Shown here in pieces: positions 28,453 through 36,533 of a stretch of DNA of 64,000 nt. Made by a program: the position numbers and the translations under genes. The notes beneath the pieces are model-generated. The model was not told the origin of the DNA. It made no database searches and saw only the letters and a program-made list of their open reading frames with translations. The stretch is from an uncultured Thermotogae bacterium (GTDB lineage: Bacteria; Bipolaricaulota; Bipolaricaulia; UBA7950; UBA9294): contig CAZMYM010000007.1 in NCBI GenBank assembly GCA_964570515.1, forward strand, positions 9,397 through 73,396, given 5' to 3'. The stretch's first letter is position 1; each line of letters begins with the position of its first letter.

Positions 28453-30164
28453 TCGTCCCCCTCCTCCACCAGATGCAGCTGGACATCTCTCACTTCTATC
28501 GGCACTTGCGTGCCCGGAACCTCTCTCGTGCGATCGGACACCGCCAGCAGCCACGTCCCGGCATCGAGGCGATACTCCTTGATGATGGCTTCCAGAAGCT
28601 CCCCGTAGAGAGACCGGTTGCCTACGCTCCGCACGGGAATCCTGTCAGCAAGCACAGCCGACGAGTCGCCTGGGGGGATCCGTGGAATCTGGTACAGGTA
28701 ACCATCGACGAGGACGAACCCAACGTCAAGCTCGTAGAACAGCGTGTTCGATATCTGGACCGTCATCGCCCTTCTGTCGAGGGCGAAGGACATCAGGCGC
28801 CGCGGCGAGCCGTAGTGACGGAAGTCGCGGACTTCGTTGGCCTGAATGGCGAATTGAAACAGCCCCTCGTCGGTGGCGGACGAGAATGACGTGTGCGGCG
28901 TGCTGTTCACCAGCGCATAGGTTGGCACGCTCACCTTGTCGCGCGGTATGCTGGCGGTCCGCGTGGTCGCCGGTGATACAAAACCGGCGTAACCTAGTGA
29001 GATACCGTGCGTTGCATGCGTCTGAATACTGAAATCTAACTGGAAAAGCTCAACAAGCTGTTTCGCAGGGTTTGCATAGAAACCGGACCAAACCGACACT
29101 CCGACCAGTAGCGCTACTACAGCCAACACGGTAATGCCCATCACTAGAGGATTTCCCGTCGCTCGTCTGCGTGCGATTCCCCAGCGAAGCGCCGCGACGC
29201 AGCCGAGGATGATCACGACGAGGGTTGGGGCAATCAAGTAGATGGGGCGCGGGACGCGCATGCTGCCGCGAAACTCGCTACCGAAACGGAGAAGGGAGTA
29301 CCAGTCAGCGCCGGGAATCCGAGCTCCGATGTCTGCCATCCGATCAGCCGCCAGGTCGGGGGCTCGGACGCTAACCACGGAGACAGTTCCTGCGCCGTAG
29401 GTCGTTTGGTACAGCAGTGGGCTTCCCGCCTGATTGTCGGAGAGGACGACCGGAATGGACTCCATTGGCTCTCCAGCCAAGTAGGGCGTCCCGTCCGGGA
29501 AGTGACCCATCGTGGTTTCGCGCAACGGGAACAGCTTGCGGAATGCCGGTGACTCAATCTGGTAGTAGTCCTCCCCCGTGAAGACGACGATGGAGCCGCC
29601 GGCGAACACCCACTGGGCGATGGCCTGCCAGGCTGCGGTGCTGATGCCGCCTCCGTTGATCCACAGGCTGTCGACGCTCTCGTACGCCCACCACTCCGTG
29701 GGGAGTTCAGAGGGTGAAACGACCACCTCCAGTGCACCAAGAGGGATCGCTGGACCGCTCACAACAGGGAAACGGGCGGTTCGCTGGAAGAGGCGGACGT
29801 TCGTCGACTGCTCGACGATCAAACGTCCATCGGAGGAGAGCACCGCGACGTCGATCGGATTGAGTGGATCGAAGATCGGAATCGTTCCGGCGTACGTGCC
29901 GTTGTCCAGCGTTCCGTGGACCAGATCGACGGTTACGACGTCCGGGTTCTGGTCAATGGCGCCAATGCGTTGTGTGACGCGCAGGATGCCGTCGATCGGG
30001 GTATCTACTCCGCTGAGATCAATCCGTATCGGGGCATACCGGCTCGCCATAACGCTCGAGGAGTAGCCCACGTGGATTTCGAGACGCTGAGCTTGTGTCG
30101 CGACGGCGCATGACAGGATCCCCACCGCGACGCAGAGTAGCGCTTTCGAGTATCGATTCGACAC
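28449..30164 (-). CDS. Signal-peptide protein with two internal TM helices (possibly DUF4350/ThuA-like), first gene of the MoxR operon
   Basis: Signal peptide 'LLCVAVGILSCAVATQAQ'; 'WINGGGIS...WVFAGGSIVVFTGE'; TM pair around 'IYLIAPTLVVIILGCVAAL...VLAVVALLVGVSVW'. Confidence 0.65.
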   Translation of the reverse strand: MSNRYSKALLCVAVGILSCAVATQAQRLEIHVGYSSSVMASRYAPIRIDLSGVDTPIDGILRVTQRIGAIDQNPDVVTVDLVHGTLDNGTYAGTIPIFDPLNPIDVAVLSSDGRLIVEQSTNVRLFQRTARFPVVSGPAIPLGALEVVVSPSELPTEWWAYESVDSLWINGGGISTAAWQAIAQWVFAGGSIVVFTGEDYYQIESPAFRKLFPLRETTMGHFPDGTPYLAGEPMESIPVVLSDNQAGSPLLYQTTYGAGTVSVVSVRAPDLAADRMADIGARIPGADWYSLLRFGSEFRGSMRVPRPIYLIAPTLVVIILGCVAALRWGIARRRATGNPLVMGITVLAVVALLVGVSVWSGFYANPAKQLVELFQLDFSIQTHATHGISLGYAGFVSPATTRTASIPRDKVSVPTYALVNSTPHTSFSSATDEGLFQFAIQANEVRDFRHYGSPRRLMSFALDRRAMTVQISNTLFYELDVGFVLVDGYLYQIPRIPPGDSSAVLADRIPVRSVGNRSLYGELLEAIIKEYRLDAGTWLLAVSDRTREVPGTQVPIEVRDVQLHLVEEGDE

Positions 30165-30263
30165 GAAATACCGTCTCTTCTACCGGAGAAGTTACGAGAG
30201 CAGGGATCCAACGCGGAATTGTAGGCAGTTCGTCCGCGAATGCAAGGTGGCTGCAGCGGCGAC

Positions 30264-30881
30264 CTACTGCGGCAGATTGTCCACAGCGATCGCGGCATCC
30301 TCACTGAGCACGTCGGCGTAGATCTGGGTCGTCTGGACCGAGCGGTGCCCCAACTGCTTCTGCACGAGCCGGAGGTTGTACTTCGATGCGCGATAGAGCA
30401 TGGACGCGTAGGTGTGTCGGCACGAGTGAATCGAGAACCTCTGTGGGAGCCCCACTGCCCCGGCGTTGGCGCGGAAGATGCGGTAGACGGCCGTACGCGT
30501 TAGCGCGCCGCCTCTTGAGGAGACAAACAGCGGAGCGTGAGACGCCGTCGATTCGCCAAGACGCTCTTTGTACCCGATGAACTGTGCAAGATGGTTGCGA
30601 AGCGCCGAGCCGACGCGAACGCCACGTTTCTTGTCGCCTTTCCCGCTCCGCACGATCAGCGAGGCGTGTTGACGGTCGAGGATCACATCGCGTACCCGCA
30701 GGGCGCAGATCTCGGAAACGCGCAATCCCGAGTCGAGGGCCACGTGAAGGATCGCCCAGTCCCGCACGGGCCGTTCTCGGCCGTCGACGGAGCCGTTCTC
30801 GGCACGGCGGCGGCAGTGATCCTTGAGGGCGGCCACCTCATCGGGGGCGAGGAAATCCTCATGGGTGATCTCGAGTGGCAT
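30264..30881 (-). CDS. Tyrosine recombinase, catalytic domain only (205 aa)
   Basis: 'GLRVSEICALRVRDV' (Arg), 'HSCRHTYAS' (HxxR), 'LGHRSVQTTQIYADV' (His + Tyr nucleophile). The ATG at 30881 is preceded by AGGAGG. The 278-aa ORF-track version adds a low-complexity N-terminus with no SD. Confidence 0.85.
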   Translation of the reverse strand: MPLEITHEDFLAPDEVAALKDHCRRRAENGSVDGRERPVRDWAILHVALDSGLRVSEICALRVRDVILDRQHASLIVRSGKGDKKRGVRVGSALRNHLAQFIGYKERLGESTASHAPLFVSSRGGALTRTAVYRIFRANAGAVGLPQRFSIHSCRHTYASMLYRASKYNLRLVQKQLGHRSVQTTQIYADVLSEDAAIAVDNLPQ

Positions 30882-31004
30882 GGCCCTCCTTCTGGGGCGC
30901 CCGTGGAGGGGTGCCCCTCCGTTTCGGTCGTGTGGAGGGTTGTCTCCCTCTCCGAGCGCCGGCGGAAGGGTAGTGGGCGCAACCGAATCGAGGAGAGACA
31001 ACTG

Positions 31005-31032
31005 TCGCAACAAAAGGGTACTTTTGTTGCGA
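31005..31032. repeat. Perfect 28-bp palindrome TCGCAACAAAA-GGGTAC-TTTTGTTGCGA (candidate recombinase core site)
   Basis: Read directly. It parses as 12-bp perfect inverted arms with a 4-bp centre, or equivalently as 11+6+11. AT-rich in a GC-rich context; lies between the HD gene stop (31170) and the recombinase start (30881). Confidence 0.8.
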
Positions 31033-31169
31033 GAACGCGGCTGGTACAGCGAAAACCCTATTCTGTTCTGTCTTTCCGTGTACGCGAGCGGTACAACCAT
31101 TCGGTGCGAAGGAACTCTAGGGTCCGATCTGAGGTCGGCTGGAGGCGTTCGAGGTGGTTTACGGGGCTC

Positions 31170-31943
31170 TCAGTCGATCGAGTATCGCTCGACGATCTTC
31201 TCTTCCTCCCCAGCGATGTCGGCGATCACTTCGACGTAGGGGGCGAGGGTCGAGTTCTTCAGCTTCTCGCGAAGGAGATTGTCGAGCTGAAAGATGCCGG
31301 CGGAGTTGGACATCTCGATGGCGATTCGGATTGGCCGCGTCTCCCCCGCGCCGAGCCTCACCTTCCGGATCGCCATCGCTGAGACCGAATGGATGGTCTG
31401 CTCGCCGGTCGAGAACGGGATGCGGGCCCTTCCGGACTCCATGTCGAGTGCGTCGGCCACCTTCACAACCCCGGCTTCGATCGTAAGCGGTTGGATGTCG
31501 CGCTGGTGGGCGTAGATGGCATGGAGTGTTTCCCCCTTGACGATCGTCTTCGTTCGGTCGTCGTAGAGGCCCTCGAGGAACTCGTCGATCAGCGGAGCCG
31601 CGAGAACGAGAGAGAGCGTCTCGTGGTTGCGGCGGTGGATGACATGGCCAATGTCGTGGAGAACGCTTGCGAGCACGACGATCGTCTCGGCGTCCTCGCC
31701 GCGCAGACCGTGATCGGTCACTGCGCTCGGCGATACGTCCGCTTCGACAAGGAGCCGCAGAAGCTTCAGGCCGATGTTAGCGATGATCCGAATGTGAACG
31801 GGGCCATGATCGTTGATGTGCATCCGATCGACCGCGGTCACGTTCGAGCTTGTCCAGAGGGCATCAAGCGACGCAGACTGATCGAGGCGCTCAACCAGTC
31901 GTTCGAGGGTCTCGTTTCCTCGTGTCGGGAGTCTAAGTTGCAT
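31170..31943 (-). CDS. HD-domain metal-dependent phosphohydrolase
   Basis: 'HINDHGPVHIRI...' and 'LASVLHDIGHVIHRRNHE' (H...HD signature). The ATG at 31943 has a GGAGG 6 nt upstream. Confidence 0.8.
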   Translation of the reverse strand: MQLRLPTRGNETLERLVERLDQSASLDALWTSSNVTAVDRMHINDHGPVHIRIIANIGLKLLRLLVEADVSPSAVTDHGLRGEDAETIVVLASVLHDIGHVIHRRNHETLSLVLAAPLIDEFLEGLYDDRTKTIVKGETLHAIYAHQRDIQPLTIEAGVVKVADALDMESGRARIPFSTGEQTIHSVSAMAIRKVRLGAGETRPIRIAIEMSNSAGIFQLDNLLREKLKNSTLAPYVEVIADIAGEEEKIVERYSID

Positions 31944-32424
31944 CGACATCCTCCCGGAGCCGCTCCCACCACGTGGGGAGATCTCTCTGCGTCGCAGGTA
32001 CGGCCGATTGGAGGCGCGTTTCGAGATACGCGACACGTTTGCGCAGAAACGCGATCTCCTGGCGCAGGACGTTCGCAGCGGACGCGGTTTCATGAGGTTT
32101 CGTATCGTGCGATACGAAACGTGGCGAAACACCAGTTTCTGTACTAGCCTGCGCGGACGTCTTAGCTCGCAGAACTGCGCTCGCCTCCGTGATCGTTAGT
32201 CCGCTATCGTACAATTCCTGCAGCTGTCGCAGCAATGTGGCGCCTTCGTCCGTGATGAGGATCTGGTTGTTGGGCCCGCGGCGCAGATGATCCGCCAAGA
32301 CGTCTTTGATCGCATCGATGCGATTTCGGACTTGATGGGTCGTGGCGAGGTCGAGCGTCTTCCGGAGGCTGCTGATCGTGTGCATCCTGAAGTGAACGAT
32401 ACGCGAGGATGAGGAGGGGGGCAA
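31933..32424 (-). CDS. Hypothetical protein with predicted N-terminal helix-turn-helix-like region and C-terminal coiled coil
   Basis: 'LATTHQVRNRIDAIKDVL' and 'ANVLRQEIAFLRKRVAYLETRL'. Overlaps the HD gene start by 11 nt. Start uncertain (TTG 32424 or ATG 32385). Confidence 0.5.
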   Translation of the reverse strand: MPPSSSSRIVHFRMHTISSLRKTLDLATTHQVRNRIDAIKDVLADHLRRGPNNQILITDEGATLLRQLQELYDSGLTITEASAVLRAKTSAQASTETGVSPRFVSHDTKPHETASAANVLRQEIAFLRKRVAYLETRLQSAVPATQRDLPTWWERLREDVDAT

Positions 32425-32469
32425 ACGCGAATTGTGAGGCCGGCGGGAATCGAGTAGCCTTCTTCGGCC

Positions 32470-34203
32470 ATGGCGATCGTGCGACTCACGGAAGAGCTAA
32501 CGCGGAAGATTGCCGCGGGTGAAGTGATCGAGCGCCCCGCTTCGGTGGTGAAAGAGCTCATCGAGAACGCGATGGACGCCAGAAGTGAGAGCATCGCGGT
32601 CGAGATCGCCGCGGGAGGCACGCTTTCGATCGTTGTCCGGGACGATGGCGTCGGGATGAATGAAGCGGACCTCCGGCTCTCGGTCGAGCGCTACGCCACG
32701 AGCAAGATTCATACGGAAGCGGATCTCGATTCCATCCGTACGCTCGGGTTCCGCGGTGAGGCATTGGCCAGCGTTGCGGCGGTGTCGAGACTGCGCATCC
32801 TTTCCCGCGCTGGGGACGCCTTGGACGCGTGGGCCCTCTCAATGAGCGCGGGGAGCCTGGTGAGCATCGCACCGGAGGCTCGGGGGCCGGGTACGACCGT
32901 CGAGGTGAAGGACCTCTTCTTCAATCTGCCCGCGCGCGCCCGTTTCCTCGGCACGCCGAGGACCGAGTTCCTCCACGTGAACCGCGTGATCCAGCGGATG
33001 GCGCTTCTTGCGTATGACGTGGGATGGAAGCTGACGCACGATGGGCGATGCGTGTTCGACGTGCCGAAAGCCGCAACCCTTCTCGACCGAATCGGTCAGG
33101 TGTACGGTGTCGACGTGGCTCGCGCGTTGATTCCTCTCGAAGGGCATCGCGGGGAGGTCAAGATTGCAGGATTCACCAGCCGACCGGACCTGAGACGAGG
33201 GAACCGTCGCGACCAGCTGTTCATCGTGAACGGCCGCCTGGTCGCCGATCGGGGTCTGAGTTTCGTGTTGGCGAGCGCGTATCGAGGACTGCTACGGCCG
33301 GGCGGGTATCCGATTGCGATTGTTCGGATCGACGTGCCGCCCGAACAGCTCGACGTCAACATCCATCCACGCAAGGAGGAAGTGCGCTTCGCCGCGTCGC
33401 GCCATGTTCAGGATGCGCTGGCGGCTGCGCTCCACCAAGCGCTTTCGAGTCCACGTATGGTTGCTCCCATCGTTCCGACGGCCGGAGGCGCCGTGCCGGT
33501 TGGCCCCGCAGCTGGCGAAGTTCGCGAGGGCGTCGGCAAGTCGCTTTCTTTCGATTTGCAGACCGCGATCTCCGCGAGTACGCGAGACCGAGAGGCCGAG
33601 AAAGTGAGGGTCGCGGGGGATCGTCGAGTGATTGGGCAGCTTCAGTTCACGTACCTGCTTGTCGACGCTCCGGAGGGTCTGGAGATCGTCGATCAGCACA
33701 TCGCTCACGAGCGGGTGCTGTACGAGCGTCTGCGGGCGCAGGCACAGGAACATGGGATCGCCAGACAGCTGTTCCTGTTGCCCGTTCGGGTCGAGGTCTC
33801 GTTCGAGGTTGCTGCCCTGCTGTCTGCGCATAAGGAGAGGCTCGAGCGGGTCGGCATCGTGCTCGATGAATTCGGCGGCGGGACGTTCCTGTTCCGCGAG
33901 TACCCGCGGATGCTCGCCGATGAGCAGACGCAGCGGGGTTTCCAAGAGCTGGTCGAAGGGTTAGCTGAAGCTCTGGAAGGCGAAGGCGAAGGCGATCTGG
34001 AGGGTGTGTTGTTCGATCGTCTGATGAGCCAGATGGCTTGCGGCGCCGCAGTCAAGGCCGGCGAGCGTCTTACGCTCACGGAAGCTCAGCGCTTGGTGGA
34101 GAGGCTGATGGAACTCGAGAACCCATACGTCTGTCCACACGGTCGCCCGATCATCTTCCGCGTTGCACGAGAGGATCTGGATCGGCGATTTCGACGAACC
34201 TAG
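32470..34203 (+). CDS. mutL: DNA mismatch repair protein MutL (endonuclease type)
   Basis: 'KIAAGEVIERPASVVKELIENAMDA', 'DQHIAHERVLYE' (DQHAxxExxxxE endonuclease motif), 'CPHGRP'. Confidence 0.92.
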   Translation: MAIVRLTEELTRKIAAGEVIERPASVVKELIENAMDARSESIAVEIAAGGTLSIVVRDDGVGMNEADLRLSVERYATSKIHTEADLDSIRTLGFRGEALASVAAVSRLRILSRAGDALDAWALSMSAGSLVSIAPEARGPGTTVEVKDLFFNLPARARFLGTPRTEFLHVNRVIQRMALLAYDVGWKLTHDGRCVFDVPKAATLLDRIGQVYGVDVARALIPLEGHRGEVKIAGFTSRPDLRRGNRRDQLFIVNGRLVADRGLSFVLASAYRGLLRPGGYPIAIVRIDVPPEQLDVNIHPRKEEVRFAASRHVQDALAAALHQALSSPRMVAPIVPTAGGAVPVGPAAGEVREGVGKSLSFDLQTAISASTRDREAEKVRVAGDRRVIGQLQFTYLLVDAPEGLEIVDQHIAHERVLYERLRAQAQEHGIARQLFLLPVRVEVSFEVAALLSAHKERLERVGIVLDEFGGGTFLFREYPRMLADEQTQRGFQELVEGLAEALEGEGEGDLEGVLFDRLMSQMACGAAVKAGERLTLTEAQRLVERLMELENPYVCPHGRPIIFRVAREDLDRRFRRT

Positions 34204-35090
34204 GCCGGAACGAGAACGCGAAGCGCGTTGGGGACGACCTCGACGCGGAACGGCTCTCGCGGCAGTTTGTACGGCTCCCCATCGACGTGAGCGACGAGCT
34301 TCGACGGGGATGAGACCGTGACGCTCTCGACTTGACGGTAATGGACGCACGAGAGACCCAGGTGTTTGCCGGCGCGAGCCTGGGGTAGGCGGATGAGGCG
34401 CTCCAGTCGGGGGAAATCGCCGACCGCCGCAACGTCGATTCGGCCATCGTCGACCTTTGCCAAGGGCGCGAGCTTGAATCCTCCTCCGCAGAACGGGCCG
34501 TTCGCGATGCCCAGCGAAAGGCATTTGAACTCAAGGTTCCAGTCCTCCGCCGTCAGCGTGATCGGAAACGCCTTGAAGCGGAAGACCTCCTTGACGGCGG
34601 CGGTGAGGTAGGCGGGGACTCCGCGCAGGCGCTCCATTTTCAGAACATCGCGGGCGACCTGTGCGTCGATGCCGACCCCCAAGCCATTGACGACGCAACG
34701 ATCCTCTGCGACCCTGCCGACATCGATCGTCCGCGTCGTGCCGTGCATCAGCACGTCGAGCGCGTCGATCGGATCGATGGGGATTCCGACGGTCCGGACG
34801 AAGTCGTTGCCGTTTCCCGCGGGGATCACGCACAGAATGGCGTCGAAGCCTTGTAGCCCGTTGGCGACCTCGTTCACCGTGCCGTCGCCGCCCATCGCGA
34901 CGATGTGCGTGAATCCGGCCTCAATCCCCATCTTGCAGACGTCGGTCGCTTCCAGAGGCTCATTCGTGAAGTGGAGGTCGTAATCGATTCCACGACGGTC
35001 GAGTTCGGCGCGTACCTTGGGAAACAGATCCTTGCACCGGCCATGCCCCGCGATCAGGTTGACGATCAGGAAGTATTTCCGTCCTTCCAT
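34200..35090 (-). CDS. Diacylglycerol/lipid kinase family protein (YegS/BmrU-like)
   Basis: 'FLIVNLIAGHGR...IVAMGGDGTVNEVANGL...IPAGNGNDF'. Confidence 0.85.
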   Translation of the reverse strand: MEGRKYFLIVNLIAGHGRCKDLFPKVRAELDRRGIDYDLHFTNEPLEATDVCKMGIEAGFTHIVAMGGDGTVNEVANGLQGFDAILCVIPAGNGNDFVRTVGIPIDPIDALDVLMHGTTRTIDVGRVAEDRCVVNGLGVGIDAQVARDVLKMERLRGVPAYLTAAVKEVFRFKAFPITLTAEDWNLEFKCLSLGIANGPFCGGGFKLAPLAKVDDGRIDVAAVGDFPRLERLIRLPQARAGKHLGLSCVHYRQVESVTVSSPSKLVAHVDGEPYKLPREPFRVEVVPNALRVLVPA

Positions 35091-35158
35091 GACGCCATGC
35101 TACGCGTCTGGTCTCGCCTCTGTCAAGAAACGCGGTTTACTGCTGGCATCACACGTCC

Positions 35159-35809
35159 TCAGGAGTGACCTGAAAACGCTGGTTTGATCGCACGGAGAGC
35201 GACGAACGAGCCACGCTCCCAGCCTTCGGCCGGCGTCTCGACGCGATCGTTGGCGGCCACGGGATCGGCCATCAGGGTGCACGTCGAACACTCCAGGTGA
35301 AGACCCGCGGCCGAAAGCGCCGCGACCACGGCGGCGCGCGGCCGTAGGATCGCCTGGCGGAAGAACGGGTCCTGGGCGGCCGCTCCCGTGTACATCCGCC
35401 CGAACGGACTGTCGGAAGGGATGAAGGCGACGATTGCGGTGCCACCGGCAACAAGAACCCTGGTCACTTCCGTGAACGCGCGCGCCATGTCGTCGAGAAA
35501 GCAGAGCGTCGTGATGAGAAACACGGCATCCATCGATCTGTCCGCGAGCGGTAGATCCTCAGCAACACCGTTCAGTACTTCGATCCCCCGGGCTCTGGCA
35601 AGGCCCGCGATCCCTTCGGCCGGTTCGACGCCGGTGTCGATTTCCAGGGCGGAGGCGAAACGCCCCGAACCGACGCCGATCTCGACCCAGCGGCCCGGCT
35701 CCGGCAGGATCTGTCGGATTGCCAGAAGCTCCGACGCGAACACGTTGGCGTTTGCGTCGAACCACGCGTCGTACTCGGCGTACCGGGTCTCGAACGGGGT
35801 CTCATGCAC
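35159..35809 (-). CDS. Class I SAM-dependent methyltransferase
   Basis: 'WVEIGVGSGRFASAL' (motif I) and 'DAVFLITTLCFL'. The start overlaps the stop of the ABC ATPase gene by 8 nt. Confidence 0.75.
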   Translation of the reverse strand: MHETPFETRYAEYDAWFDANANVFASELLAIRQILPEPGRWVEIGVGSGRFASALEIDTGVEPAEGIAGLARARGIEVLNGVAEDLPLADRSMDAVFLITTLCFLDDMARAFTEVTRVLVAGGTAIVAFIPSDSPFGRMYTGAAAQDPFFRQAILRPRAAVVAALSAAGLHLECSTCTLMADPVAANDRVETPAEGWERGSFVALRAIKPAFSGHS

Positions 35810-36533
35810 CGGTCTTCTCCCCCTTTAGCACCAGCTGCATCACATCGTCCCTGGCGTGAGCGAAAGCAGGCCCAAGTCGCGCGGCCTTCTCGCGCGGCGT
35901 GAGGTCGATCACCCGCTCGCCCAGGACGTGTGCGGGCCGTTCGGTGAAGACGATCACGCGGTGGGAAAGGAAGATCGCTTCCTCGAGATCGTGTGTGACG
36001 AAAATGAGCGTTCGCGCGAGTTCCGCCATCAGGTCCGCCATCCATGCCTGCAGACGATGGCGCGTCAGCGTGTCGAGCGCACCGAACGGCTCGTCGAGTA
36101 CGAGCGAGTCGACTCCGGCCAGAACGGCGCGAAGGAGTGCGGCGCGTTGCTTCATTCCCCCCGAGAGTTCGTGAGGATAGGCGTTCTCGAACCCGGCCAA
36201 TCCGAAGCGATGGAGGCGTTCAGCCACGGCGTCCCGCCGGCGCTTCCGGTCTGACCCCGCGACCTGCATCGGCAGCTCCACGTTCTCGAGTACCGTCTTC
36301 CATGGCAGCAAGAGCGTCTCCTGCGGGAGGTACCCGGCGCGCGATAGCCGGCTCAGGACCGAACCTCCATCGTGGGTCTCGAGGCCGAGCAGAATGCGAA
36401 GAAGCGTCGTTTTTCCGCAACCCGAAGGTCCTAAGAGGGCGACCCGCTCGCCCCGGCCGACGTGAAGAGACACGCCGCGCAGGACCTCGAGGTCGGCGAA
36501 GCACTTGGAGACGCCCTCGGCCGAGACGATCAT
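35802..36533 (-). CDS. ABC transporter ATP-binding protein (NitT/TauT family; ThiZ-like)
   Basis: 'LLGPSGCGKTTLLR', 'LSGGMKQRAALLRA', 'LVLDEPFGALD'. The ATG at 36533 forms an ATGA overlap with the upstream gene. Confidence 0.9.
   Translation of the reverse strand: MIVSAEGVSKCFADLEVLRGVSLHVGRGERVALLGPSGCGKTTLLRILLGLETHDGGSVLSRLSRAGYLPQETLLLPWKTVLENVELPMQVAGSDRKRRRDAVAERLHRFGLAGFENAYPHELSGGMKQRAALLRAVLAGVDSLVLDEPFGALDTLTRHRLQAWMADLMAELARTLIFVTHDLEEAIFLSHRVIVFTERPAHVLGERVIDLTPREKAARLGPAFAHARDDVMQLVLKGEKTGA

Noticed and set aside
31005-31032. Reading the 28-bp palindrome as a simple rho-independent terminator of the HD gene
   Set aside because: The stem is AT-rich, lies 138 nt past the stop, and has no U-tract after it on the transcribed strand. 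This reading is less likely than a protein-binding or recombination site but is not excluded, as noted in the finding.
30264-32424. Integrase as the boundary of a prophage or genomic island
   Set aside because: There is no adjacent tRNA, no flanking direct repeats that I could see, and no phage or transposon genes. The neighbouring genes are ordinary chromosomal ones.
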